Below, in pieces: positions 9,061 to 17,517 of a stretch of DNA of 53,166 bases. The position numbers and the translations under genes were made by a program. This DNA is from a virus (lineage: Duplodnaviria > Caudoviricetes). Under the pieces are notes generated by a model. The model saw nothing but the letters and a program-made list of their open reading frames with translations. It made no database searches and was not told where the DNA came from. Location: the IMG/VR virus record IMGVR_UViG_3300023266_000001, positions 1-53,166 of that record; one strand, 5' to 3'. How positions within the stretch are numbered: the first letter of the stretch is position 1; the number at the start of each line of letters is the position of its first letter.

Positions 9061-9240
9061 TCAGTCCAAGGCACCGAGCGGAAAATTGCCGCTGGGATAG
9101 ATCGAGAGCCAATAAGCCTCATCCTGCACCACGGGCGGACGCTCTTTGAGCGAGGCGCGCTGTAGCTCATCCTTGAGCGCCCTCACGCGGCCGGGGATGG
9201 CATCGAGATCGGCGCGGATTTCGTCTGATGTGCGGGTCAT
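9061..9240 (-). CDS. Hypothetical protein, possibly truncated
   Basis: AAGGGA RBS, 59 aa; about 170 bp downstream lacks a convincing start. Confidence 0.45.
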   Translation of the reverse strand: MTRTSDEIRADLDAIPGRVRALKDELQRASLKERPPVVQDEAYWLSIYPSGNFPLGALD

Positions 9241-9288
9241 TTCAGTTTCCCTTGGTTGATGGTGTTTCGGTTTGCCGGCCACTCCGGG

Positions 9289-9519
9289 CTATTTGCTGGC
9301 GTCAAGTTGGTCGGCCAGCTTTGAAAGCTCGACTGAATGCTTACGACACAGCCTTGCCAGATCGCTCCATATGCCATCCGGTATCGCGCTCTCGCCGTGC
9401 TCCCAGCGCCTCACGGTGCGCTCGGCTACCTTGAGAGCATCCGATAGCCGGACGCGCCAGGAAGGCCCGTAAAGGGCCTCCCCGACCTTCGCGAATGTTT
9501 CAGGCGTACTTTTCATCAC
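9289..9519 (-). CDS. Small XRE-type HTH protein
   Basis: LSDALKVAERTVRRWEHG HTH signature. Confidence 0.75.
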   Translation of the reverse strand: MMKSTPETFAKVGEALYGPSWRVRLSDALKVAERTVRRWEHGESAIPDGIWSDLARLCRKHSVELSKLADQLDASK

Positions 9520-9934
9520 CGAACAACATACTCTGGAGGAAAGCGTCCGCGCAGGGCGCGTCGATATCGTCGGTCATGATCTGGCCGAACTGGTGTGGGA
9601 ATTTTTCGGCCATGACGGCAAGGCCTTTGGCAAAGTGCTTGTCGGTCACGGTGTGAAGTTTGAAGGCGCCGGACTTGATATTGGCGGTCTCGGTGGCATC
9701 GCGATCGTATAGGTTTTCGTCGGCCACCTCGACGATCTGAAGACGGAACTGTCCGCCCAAGAACTTTTCGTCGGCGTACCAGAAGCCATCCGGCGGCGGC
9801 GCCTTTCTGGAGTGCCAATAGATCCCCCAACACCAGCCGCCTTTTCTAGCAGTCGTCACTGGATCACCACCCTCCATAGCGCTGCTCATAAGCTGAACGA
9901 TGCGGTCGGTGGGAATGTTGAGTTCGATCTTCAT
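9500..9934 (-). CDS. Conserved phage hypothetical protein
   Basis: 144 aa, AGGAGG RBS, C-terminal DAPCADAFLQSMLFGD. Confidence 0.75.
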   Translation of the reverse strand: MKIELNIPTDRIVQLMSSAMEGGDPVTTARKGGWCWGIYWHSRKAPPPDGFWYADEKFLGGQFRLQIVEVADENLYDRDATETANIKSGAFKLHTVTDKHFAKGLAVMAEKFPHQFGQIMTDDIDAPCADAFLQSMLFGDEKYA

Positions 9935-9983
9935 TTTGGCCTCCTAGCCATCTTCACCCGGCCTAATGCCAAGCGGTGAAGTT

Positions 9984-10012
9984 GATATAGCATTGTCCGG
10001 TTTTCCGGTCAA
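9984..10012 (-). promoter_or_regulatory. sigma70 promoter with overlapping palindromic operator
   Basis: TTGACC-17 bp-TATATC on the minus strand; CCGG-AAAA-CCGG dyad overlaps the -35 and spacer. Confidence 0.65.
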
Positions 10013-10041
10013 GTCACTGTTTCGGTCTGTTTGAATGATCG

Positions 10042-10245
10042 TCAGACGGCTCGACTCTTCTTTTCTGCGACGAACTCCACAAACTGCCGTACCTGGGCCG
10101 GCGAGAGCAGGACGCGCTCCTTGAGAGTCTCGCCCTCGTACTGGTTGATGCCAAGATACCCATCGGTCAGGTCGAAACGCACCTGCCAATCGTAGTTGCC
10201 TGCGGTGCCCTTAATCTTCTCGCCGTAATAAGTCCTGCCCTTCAT
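10042..10245 (-). CDS. Hypothetical protein
   Basis: GGAGAG RBS, 67 aa. Confidence 0.6.
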   Translation of the reverse strand: MKGRTYYGEKIKGTAGNYDWQVRFDLTDGYLGINQYEGETLKERVLLSPAQVRQFVEFVAEKKSRAV

Positions 10246-10274
10246 CGCTCTCTCCATGCCGCCCAATGCGGCTT

Positions 10275-10529
10275 TCACTGCACAAACCCAGGGTCGCCAT
10301 CGGCGGCCTCGTTCATCTCGGTTGCCCGAAGCATTTGCTGGTAAAGCTCCTTGAGGGGCCAAGGAGACGAACCGCCGTCTTGCAGGTGCATAAATTCGCC
10401 GTCAGCAAAGGTTGCGATAATCCAGACCGAGTGAGCCCCTAAGCGGGCTGCAGCACGGGCTGATTCCTTGTCCACCTTAGCTTTGACGCGGGACCGCCTT
10501 TCCGGCGTCCACGGCTTTGCCTCGCTCAT
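10275..10529 (-). CDS. Hypothetical protein
   Basis: GGAGAG RBS, 84 aa. Confidence 0.6.
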   Translation of the reverse strand: MSEAKPWTPERRSRVKAKVDKESARAAARLGAHSVWIIATFADGEFMHLQDGGSSPWPLKELYQQMLRATEMNEAADGDPGFVQ

Positions 10530-10573
10530 TGCTCTCTCCATATGCCGCCTGATGCGTCGATTGCTCTTTCGGT

Positions 10574-10712
10574 TAGCGGACGGCTCAAGTGGTTAAGTGC
10601 TGATCCCACCTAGACAATCGTCCATTTCTGACGTTCACCTAGGCACTCCGGGCCTCGTCTATTCTATAACGAAACCAATCACTTAAAATTGCCGTCCGCT
10701 ACTCGTCCGCTA
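10574..10712. other. Probable attP with integrase arm-type repeats
   Basis: Gap at the integrase 3' end; TAGCGGACGGC (10574-10584) is inverted at 10691-10701; extra CGTCCGCTA at 10704-10712; TTAAGTG/CACTTAA inverted pair. Confidence 0.6.
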
Positions 10713-12017
10713 TTCTGTCGCCGGTTTGTTTCTACGCGCTACCCGCAGGGTCATGACCTCTGCCGTTGCCTGGGCATCGTCCCGCGAATAGTTCTGTGTT
10801 TGCGCGACGTTACTGTGCGTCGCGGCCTTCCGAACCTTCTCCATGTCGGCGCCGGCCGCCGCGGCCTCAGTGATCGCGCCGCTCCTGGTGTCCATGTTCT
10901 TGACGTTCTTCGGGATGCCGGCATCGGTCGCCACCTTCCGCCACTTGCGCCGGAATTCGGTATTGTAATAGGGGTACTTGTCGAACTCGCAGATGATCAC
11001 CGGGCCCGACGCAGGCATCAGGTGGCGATGGACCTTGATGATCTTCGTGGTTTCGTCGACCGTATAGATCGGGCCGCCAAACATCCGGGTAAGTTCTTCA
11101 ATGACCATCGGCGCGAGCTTTAGGTCGATCTCGATCTTTTTGTTCCGCTTGCTGGTGACGTGACGAAGGATCAGGTCCTCGTCGATGCGCTCCCAGCGCA
11201 GGCCGGTGATCCACTTCTTGGTCGTCTGCTTGCCCTTAAACGTCTTCGTCTGGACGACATCCGACACGCCCGGCTCCTTAACGGGAACCCACTCACCGAT
11301 AACGTCGCGCTGGCGCAGCGTGCATTCGAACTGGATGGCTTGGGCCAGCGCCATGTAGTGCCAGTCGCGGGCGTGGGCGGCCGTCCTGATGGCCGCGGCC
11401 TGGTCGGCCGACAGCGCCACCTCGCGCGGCTTGGTGCCCTTGTAGCTCTGGCTAGATAGCGTGTTGGCGAGGCGGGAGCATTCCGCGTCATCCAGCAGGC
11501 CGGCGCCGAACCGGAACAGGGTGCGCAGGGTGGCGACGAATGCCCCGCCCGCCGAAACCTTCTGGCCGCCGTCGCTCCATTCCTTGTACCAAGACAGAAT
11601 CATGCGGCCGGTGATCTCGGCCAGCATCACGTCACCGAACCGCTTGTCAATCCGCTTGAGTAGCGCGGCCTTGCCCTGCCGGGCCTCCCACCGCTTCTTA
11701 TGGAACGCCGAATCGTCGTCGTTCTGGTACTTGTCGATCAGGTTGCTCAGGGTTACCAGCGGCAGGGGCTTGCCGGTCCCATCGCGCTCCCGGCCCCAGA
11801 CGAGCATGGCCGATTGGAGATCCTCGCATTGGGCGGCAATCTCCAGACGGTCGATATCGTCGAGCTCGACGCCTTCCCACAGCTTCTTCGCGCCCGGCGC
11901 ATAGCCGCGCTTCACGAGGTCGCTGCGGGCCTGCCAGTAGGCAACCCACGTCTTCTTGCGCTCGCGCCAGACTAGGCCCGGCGCACCTTCGATGCGGGGC
12001 GGGGTGCGTTCAATCAT
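10710..12017 (-). CDS. int: Tyrosine recombinase (phage integrase)
   Basis: 435 aa; TLRQRD (R), TSKRNK (K), MDTRSG (R), THSN (H), NYSR (Y). Confidence 0.85.
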   Translation of the reverse strand: MIERTPPRIEGAPGLVWRERKKTWVAYWQARSDLVKRGYAPGAKKLWEGVELDDIDRLEIAAQCEDLQSAMLVWGRERDGTGKPLPLVTLSNLIDKYQNDDDSAFHKKRWEARQGKAALLKRIDKRFGDVMLAEITGRMILSWYKEWSDGGQKVSAGGAFVATLRTLFRFGAGLLDDAECSRLANTLSSQSYKGTKPREVALSADQAAAIRTAAHARDWHYMALAQAIQFECTLRQRDVIGEWVPVKEPGVSDVVQTKTFKGKQTTKKWITGLRWERIDEDLILRHVTSKRNKKIEIDLKLAPMVIEELTRMFGGPIYTVDETTKIIKVHRHLMPASGPVIICEFDKYPYYNTEFRRKWRKVATDAGIPKNVKNMDTRSGAITEAAAAGADMEKVRKAATHSNVAQTQNYSRDDAQATAEVMTLRVARRNKPATE

Positions 12018-12270
12018 TGTTCTCGCTCCGTACAGGTTGTAGACCTATCGTGATCCCGGCGCGCTTATCCAACCACGCTTTCACCGCCGGCCAATAGCGT
12101 CTATTCGCAAAAAGCGGTTGTTTCCGTGGAAAACCGTACTTGGACTCCAGCCCCGGCAGGATCTTGCGCATGTGCTTCTCCGGCACGCCGAGACGACGGA
12201 TAAGTTCGGCATCGCTCAGGTAGAGCTTGCCCTGTTCGCGTTCGATCGTCTCGGGTGCCGGGGTGGTCAC
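12010..12270 (-). CDS. xis: Excisionase / winged-helix recombination directionality factor
   Basis: Immediately upstream of int; LSDAELIRRLG...GFP...RRYWPAVKAWLD. Confidence 0.7.
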   Translation of the reverse strand: MTTPAPETIEREQGKLYLSDAELIRRLGVPEKHMRKILPGLESKYGFPRKQPLFANRRYWPAVKAWLDKRAGITIGLQPVRSENND

Positions 12271-12455
12271 CAGCCCATATCCCTATCAAGTTGCTCGTGC
12301 GCCTCTTCGCGCTCAGCTTGGTGGCAATCGCGAGCGGCCCGAGTGCATTCCAGCTTTCCGCAGTCCTCCAGTTCGTTGAAGCAAGACTGGCTGGCATACA
12401 CGCCGAGTTCTTCGCCGCAATTGAAGCAATAGTGCATCTTCGGTTTATTGGTCAT
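12267..12455 (-). CDS. Small Cys-rich hypothetical protein
   Basis: CFNCG...CGKLEC; overlap-coupled. Confidence 0.65.
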   Translation of the reverse strand: MTNKPKMHYCFNCGEELGVYASQSCFNELEDCGKLECTRAARDCHQAEREEAHEQLDRDMGW

Positions 12456-12991
12456 GGTTTGCCCTTTCGATTTTTCGTCATGTCCGCGACTGCTTCAACT
12501 CCGAAGGCCTTCCTGCGAAGCTCCAGCTTGCGGCGGTACTGTCGGCGCCTTCCGTCTCGGTCAGCGCCAGGATCGATAGGCGGCAAGTCGAGCATCCACG
12601 CCTCGTCTTTCGATAGCGGCTTGCGCCATGCACCGAAGACGTGGACCTCCCTAAAGACGGTCTTGAAGGCGCCGCAGCCGTAGCAGATCGCGCCCCCGTT
12701 CGTGTATCCCTTGCGGCCCCAACGATGATTGCAGGCGCGCTCCTTATTGTATCGTTCGAAGCACGCGGTTTCCGCCTCGACAATTGTATTACCCTCGCCG
12801 CGAAGGAAGCCCCCGGCGTTGTCACCCGGGAACGCCTCGAAAAACGCGGTTCGATAATTTCCCTCCGACGCGAGCACTACGCCATCGCCGCCCCATTGAA
12901 CGTAACACTTTGCAGGCCACGCGCAGGCCGGCTTATATTCGGTATCTGCCGGCATCCAGTATCCCGGCTTGTGGTGCTCTGCGATTATCAC
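12452..12991 (-). CDS. Hypothetical protein
   Basis: 179 aa; TAFFEAFP..FLRGEG..AE; coupled overlaps. Confidence 0.7.
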   Translation of the reverse strand: MIIAEHHKPGYWMPADTEYKPACAWPAKCYVQWGGDGVVLASEGNYRTAFFEAFPGDNAGGFLRGEGNTIVEAETACFERYNKERACNHRWGRKGYTNGGAICYGCGAFKTVFREVHVFGAWRKPLSKDEAWMLDLPPIDPGADRDGRRRQYRRKLELRRKAFGVEAVADMTKNRKGKP

Positions 12992-13446
12992 TTTCGGTCT
13001 CCAGAAGTGACCGGCGCATCTCGAAACCAGAAAATCCAGTAAGGGTATCCGCTGCTGACGTTGCAGCCCTCAGCGGCGGCGACAGCCTCGGTCGGCTTGC
13101 CGAAATAGGCTGTCAGATATTTGGATGTGCCTTCCTGGCCCCAGTAGCCGTAGCGGCAATTCAGGTCGGCAACCGCCGCAAGCGCTGACTTGGCCTTATC
13201 GTTGTCCCATTGCGCCATGCGATCAGAATAGACCGCATCGCAGCCCTTCTCGCTCTGCCCCCAGAGGTAATATGGGCTGTACGAATACGGCCATTCCTCC
13301 TTGGTGCGATTCTCGGTGTTCGGCTCGACGAACCGATACCGCGTTGTTCGCCCAGTCGGGCGCCGGCCCAGCCGCCAATCCTCACCAGTCAGCACCGGAG
13401 ATCCGTGCCGGCGCTCATAGCGTTCGAAGTCGTAATAGTCAGTCAT
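12988..13446 (-). CDS. Hypothetical protein
   Basis: 152 aa; YSDRM..W, CNVSSGYPYW; coupled overlaps. Confidence 0.7.
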   Translation of the reverse strand: MTDYYDFERYERRHGSPVLTGEDWRLGRRPTGRTTRYRFVEPNTENRTKEEWPYSYSPYYLWGQSEKGCDAVYSDRMAQWDNDKAKSALAAVADLNCRYGYWGQEGTSKYLTAYFGKPTEAVAAAEGCNVSSGYPYWIFWFRDAPVTSGDRK

Positions 13447-13706
13447 GCTTCGCCCTTTCGGTTAGCCGGAGTGTTCGGGCTACGTTTCGGTATCGCCGCC
13501 CATGCCACGACGCGAGCATGGGAATGCGTGAGGCATACCCAGCCAGTCTTGCCGTCATAGTCGCCGTCAGCTTCCACCCAGCGGGGCTCGGCCTGGTACG
13601 GCGTTACGACATGCTCGCCATCGTGAAGCTCAACGAGGAACATCCCGCTTCGCGGAGGAAAGCCCTTGTACCAAGCGATATGCGCCTGCCCGATCTGGAT
13701 GCTCAT
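13443..13706 (-). CDS. Hypothetical protein (DUF551-like pattern)
   Basis: W...PP..G.FLV...VVAWAAIP. Confidence 0.55.
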   Translation of the reverse strand: MSIQIGQAHIAWYKGFPPRSGMFLVELHDGEHVVTPYQAEPRWVEADGDYDGKTGWVCLTHSHARVVAWAAIPKRSPNTPANRKGEA

Positions 13707-13906
13707 GGTTTCGGACTTCCCACAACTCCGTCGCCGCGCGTCACTTCACCGAACACCAGCCTGCCGGTTAGGCACAGAGCAAAATCGGCGGGCGGCATTT
13801 CGACGCGAAGTATCGTGCGAGAACCCTGCTTGAATGTGATTGCGATCGGCGGCGGGTCAGTCTCGCCGTTCATCTGCGCAATCATGACCTCGACACGCTC
13901 ACTCAC
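13703..13906 (-). CDS. Hypothetical protein
   Basis: GTG start after AGGAG; LRVEMPPADFALCLTG. Confidence 0.55.
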   Translation of the reverse strand: MSERVEVMIAQMNGETDPPPIAITFKQGSRTILRVEMPPADFALCLTGRLVFGEVTRGDGVVGSPKP

Positions 13907-14132
13907 TGGCGGACTCCTGGGGAGACGGCAACTGCGCGTCGTCAAGATAGCGGAGTTTCCAAGTCGGATGGTACGGCAGCGCGTGCTTCGCGCCATCGAG
14001 GCGTATTCTCAGGTGCGAACCCTGCGCACCGCAGATCGTGCCAAGCTGCGGTTCTTGACCCCCGCTGTATTCCACGCGACCGCCTGTCTTGGCAGGGACG
14101 CCATACATCCTGCGAATATAATCAATGCCCAT
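13899..14132 (-). CDS. Conserved phage hypothetical protein
   Basis: DYIRRMYGVPAKTGGRV...LRIRLDG...YHPTW. Confidence 0.75.
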   Translation of the reverse strand: MGIDYIRRMYGVPAKTGGRVEYSGGQEPQLGTICGAQGSHLRIRLDGAKHALPYHPTWKLRYLDDAQLPSPQESASE

Positions 14133-14176
14133 CTATTCCCCCTGCGGCCGGAGTTGCGAAGTGTCCGAAAGTGATA

Positions 14177-14410
14177 TCACGGCATGTCCGGAGCTTTTCG
14201 GCGCGGCCAGTTTGCCACCAATTGCAGATGGTCGTTGATCGCGTGGACGATCTTCATGTCGCCGCCGTCCTTGAGCACTAGATCCCGGTAGTGCAGGAGG
14301 GTGCTGATGCAGTATTGATCCTGGCCACGGATCAAAAACACAGGCTCGTCGGTGGGTATCAAGCCGGCCGGGTCCTGGATGCGATCGTAGTCAGCGCGTG
14401 CGTGCTTCAT
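14177..14410 (-). CDS. Conserved phage hypothetical protein
   Basis: IQDPAGLIPTDEPVFLIRGQD. Confidence 0.75.
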   Translation of the reverse strand: MKHARADYDRIQDPAGLIPTDEPVFLIRGQDQYCISTLLHYRDLVLKDGGDMKIVHAINDHLQLVANWPRRKAPDMP

Positions 14411-14706
14411 GACTCTTCTCCAGGGTTTCGATCAGGGCGCGAGACGGAAAGTGATTTGATCCGTTCAACCAGCGTAAAGAACCGGCCATCCGGTGCCGTC
14501 ATTGGCGCGTCAATCTCGTCAAGCGCGTCCTCGATCTGTGAGTACGTGGTGTCGTCAATCTCACCGCCCGGCAGAGACTTTTGACAGGTGGCGGTTAGCT
14601 CTGGCGGACTCTGCGGTACTCCGCGCAGCACTTCCAGCGCGCGCTCGATACGGTTGGTTAAGGCATCCTCTTCCAGGATTGCGATAGCTTGCTGGATTGG
14701 CGTCAT
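14407..14706 (-). CDS. Hypothetical protein
   Basis: 99 aa, GAGGGG RBS. Confidence 0.6.
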   Translation of the reverse strand: MTPIQQAIAILEEDALTNRIERALEVLRGVPQSPPELTATCQKSLPGGEIDDTTYSQIEDALDEIDAPMTAPDGRFFTLVERIKSLSVSRPDRNPGEES

Positions 14707-14807
14707 CGGATTCCCCTCAGGTCACGCCACAGTGAGACAATGGCTTCCCAGAAGGTCTGCCGCGGCGGGCGAGGGCCGAGAGTGCTGCGGTTGGTGCCGT
14801 ACATGGC

Positions 14808-15122
14808 TCACTTCCTTTCTGGAGAGGACTCCGGAACAGCTCGCCGACGCTCATGGATTGCCTTCATCTCGCTCCACGAGCGGGCGTCCTCACAAGCTTT
14901 GCAGAGAGGGTAAACGAGAAACTGATCGCGCTGGCGGTTGGCATCCGCTTGAGCCTCCTGAGAGACTTGGGTTGCCTGCTTCATCGTTCCGTCTGGATTG
15001 GTGTTGTACGGGTTGACGGTCATTTCGACGCGGAAGGTGCGTTTCCGTTTGTCCTTCTTACAGGCCAGACATTTGAACGTGCACGCGGCGCTGCGGCCAT
15101 AAGCTGGAAATTTCACGAGCAT
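14808..15122 (-). CDS. Hypothetical zinc-binding protein
   Basis: CLAC...TVNPYN...LCKAC. Confidence 0.65.
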   Translation of the reverse strand: MLVKFPAYGRSAACTFKCLACKKDKRKRTFRVEMTVNPYNTNPDGTMKQATQVSQEAQADANRQRDQFLVYPLCKACEDARSWSEMKAIHERRRAVPESSPERK

Positions 15123-15124
15123 GG

Positions 15125-15550
15125 CTATTCTCCCTGCCGATCTGTCGATGTGCCCGAAAGTGCCAACTCGCAAAGTCGCTTGGCCTCGTTGAGCAATGTG
15201 TGGTCGATCGTTCGGCCGTTCTGCTGTAGTGGAAAGCCGATCGGGATAGCCTCAAAGGCCGCGTGTGCGGCGACAACGGCCTCCTGCAATTCAGCCCTTC
15301 GCTTTTCGCGGGTAGCGGCGACCTTCCGTACAGTCTCGCGATAAGTGTCTGCCGGAGTTTGGGCATGACCGGCAGGAACGTATCGGACGATCTCGCAGCG
15401 ATCGGGTGGATACAGCCAAGCTGAATTCTCCATCCATTGTTCAAACACTTTTCGATCGCGGTGGATGTGGTGGAGTTCCTTATTTCTGTAGAATAGGAAC
15501 ACTTCCGACGCGTGATGAGATGTCGCGGATACGGGAGAAGTGCTCAACAT
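15125..15550 (-). CDS. Hypothetical protein
   Basis: Fills the early operon; start uncertain. Confidence 0.5.
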   Translation of the reverse strand: MLSTSPVSATSHHASEVFLFYRNKELHHIHRDRKVFEQWMENSAWLYPPDRCEIVRYVPAGHAQTPADTYRETVRKVAATREKRRAELQEAVVAAHAAFEAIPIGFPLQQNGRTIDHTLLNEAKRLCELALSGTSTDRQGE

Positions 15551-15721
15551 GGAATGCTCCAATAAACAGCCGTGCCAAAGATTCCGCACACGAACGAAAC
15601 GAAGCCGATCGGGATAAGCATCATCTCACGGCTCCCATAAAAACGCCCACGAGAAGCATGCCCACGAGAATGCCGAGGCCAAAGCCGACCACGGCGCGGA
15701 GTACAATCCCGTCTCCGTTGG

Positions 15722-16027
15722 TCATTTCGCTGTGTCCTTTGGCTGGAGGGCGGCCTCCAAGGCGTGGAGCGCATCAAAAGCCTTTCGACTTATGTCGGTC
15801 CGACACCAGAGTTTAAACTCTATCAACGCCGCCTGCGCCTGTTGCCAAGTTTGTGCGAGGTCATCATCACGTACCGGGACAGCGCCACGCGACAGGCAGT
15901 CGAGATTGGCGCGGCATTCCCGGCAGCTCGCGAGTTCGGCTTTGAGGGCGGTCAGCTCGGTCACCTTGATAAGGGTATATGTACCGCGCCGTTCTTGTGG
16001 CTCAGTTTCAGAATGTGTCTCGCTCAT
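15722..16027 (-). CDS. Hypothetical protein
   Basis: AAGGA RBS before MSETHSE. Confidence 0.55.
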   Translation of the reverse strand: MSETHSETEPQERRGTYTLIKVTELTALKAELASCRECRANLDCLSRGAVPVRDDDLAQTWQQAQAALIEFKLWCRTDISRKAFDALHALEAALQPKDTAK

Positions 16028-16106
16028 AGCGGAATCCTTCCATTCGCCCAGCCGCTGAAGCTGTAGATGCAGAACAGGATGATGGAGATCGCGGCGGCGC
16101 TGTGGA

Positions 16107-16475
16107 TCATCGCAGCACCACCGTTCCATCCATCCGCTTCTTGAACCTGCTGTCTCGGCTGCCTGGGAAGCGGCTCGGCTTCCTGATGCCGTTGTGCTTT
16201 GCGCGAACCCGGTAGTCCTTGGACTTCTGCGCCAGATCCTGCGCCGTCTTGACCTTGTGTGGCTCGACCAAGGCCGGAGCCATATTGCTCTCCCGGTTCT
16301 CGCCGCCATTGATAAGCGCCTGCGGGTGTTCGAGCTGCCACTTGTCGCCGGGCATGATCTTGCGGCCGGACAGGTAGCAGACGCCCTTGTACTTCTCGAA
16401 GACCCGCAGGCGGACGCGCGGAGGGGCTGGCGTATCCGGCGTCTTTCCGATCCACTCGGGGACTTCGCGAGTCAT
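16107..16475 (-). CDS. HNH endonuclease family protein
   Basis: GVCYLSGRKI...WQLEHPQAL.NGGENRESNM...H..KT. Confidence 0.8.
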   Translation of the reverse strand: MTREVPEWIGKTPDTPAPPRVRLRVFEKYKGVCYLSGRKIMPGDKWQLEHPQALINGGENRESNMAPALVEPHKVKTAQDLAQKSKDYRVRAKHNGIRKPSRFPGSRDSRFKKRMDGTVVLR

Positions 16476-16885
16476 ACTTCTTCCAATTCGTGCTGGTCGT
16501 GGAACGTGATGTTGTTCTCGGCTCCCCAAGCTGAGATGTATTCCATGACCTCGGACATTTCCCCGACAGACAGGTCTGACGAGGATCGACCACAAGGCAC
16601 CATGCCGTGACGGTGGATCGCGGGGAGGTATTGCATCTCAATTCCCCGTTCATCCGCGTAGGCGTGCAGAAAAATCAGTTTCCACTGCTCCGTGTTGTAG
16701 CGCCGGCCGTCGATACGTCCCTGCACAGCCACGTCGGTTAGCATCGCCCAGAAGCGGGAATTCTGGTCCAGCGAGCGAGCAGGGCCTTTGAACTCGACGC
16801 GGCTGTTGGTCTTTGCCTTTCTAATCCACTCAATCGCCTGCTCACGGCGGGCTGCGCTGTCGAGCGTCAGGATTGCGCGGGTCAT
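16472..16885 (-). CDS. ninB: NinB/Orf recombination protein
   Basis: RSLDQNSRFWAMLTDVA...WK.IF...SSSDLSVGEMSEVMEYI.AWGAE. Confidence 0.85.
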   Translation of the reverse strand: MTRAILTLDSAARREQAIEWIRKAKTNSRVEFKGPARSLDQNSRFWAMLTDVAVQGRIDGRRYNTEQWKLIFLHAYADERGIEMQYLPAIHRHGMVPCGRSSSDLSVGEMSEVMEYISAWGAENNITFHDQHELEEV

Positions 16886-17517
16886 GCCGCTTCCTTCTCG
16901 CCATAGATGCTGTTCAGCTCTGACAGCTTCACAGCCATTTCCAGGAGGAACGCGGCGATCTCGGCTTCCAGATCGGCAATCCGCTTGTCGTCGCGGGGCA
17001 CGCGCTTGATGAACAGGCGCATGTTTTCCGGCATGCGCGGGTCGTAGGATACGAAGTCGCACCACTGCCGGCCTGTGCAGGCCATCTGGAACTGCATCTG
17101 TGCGTCGTACTTTGACGGGACGGCCTGACCGAGCAGCGTCTCCAAATGCGTTGCCGTATTCGGACACTTGATCTCGGTCAGGCCGTCATCACCAACCAAA
17201 CCGTCGGGGGAGCAGCCGGCTTGGTCGATCTTGGGGTGAGGTACGAACGCAACCTCCTTCACGTTCACCCCTTGGTAAAACTCGTAGGCAGCGCGAGCCT
17301 CGGGCTCGGTCTCAGTGCCGTGCTGCATCGCGGCGTTGGTGTAGCTCTCGGCCGGCGTACCCGTCAGGCGCTCCGCAATGAGCTGCGCCATGTAGTTCGC
17401 GCGGCTGGCGCCGTAGCCGGTCTTGGTTCGAGCAACCACGTCAGAGACGCGGGAGGCCGTCACCTTGCCGAGACGCAGGGCTTTCCATTCGTCAGAGCCT
17501 TGGATGATATCGCTCAT
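16882..17517 (-). CDS. YqaJ/lambda-exonuclease family protein
   Basis: QGSDEWKALRLGKVTAS, GCSPDGL, EIKCP, QMQFQM. Confidence 0.92.
   Translation of the reverse strand: MSDIIQGSDEWKALRLGKVTASRVSDVVARTKTGYGASRANYMAQLIAERLTGTPAESYTNAAMQHGTETEPEARAAYEFYQGVNVKEVAFVPHPKIDQAGCSPDGLVGDDGLTEIKCPNTATHLETLLGQAVPSKYDAQMQFQMACTGRQWCDFVSYDPRMPENMRLFIKRVPRDDKRIADLEAEIAAFLLEMAVKLSELNSIYGEKEAA

Noticed and set aside
10540-10712. tRNA fragment as att core
   Set aside because: No T-arm GTTCGA or CCA end visible on either strand
13125-14174. 349-aa plus-strand ORF
   Set aside because: Shadow of several well-coupled minus-strand genes; Arg/Pro/Ser-rich with no motif
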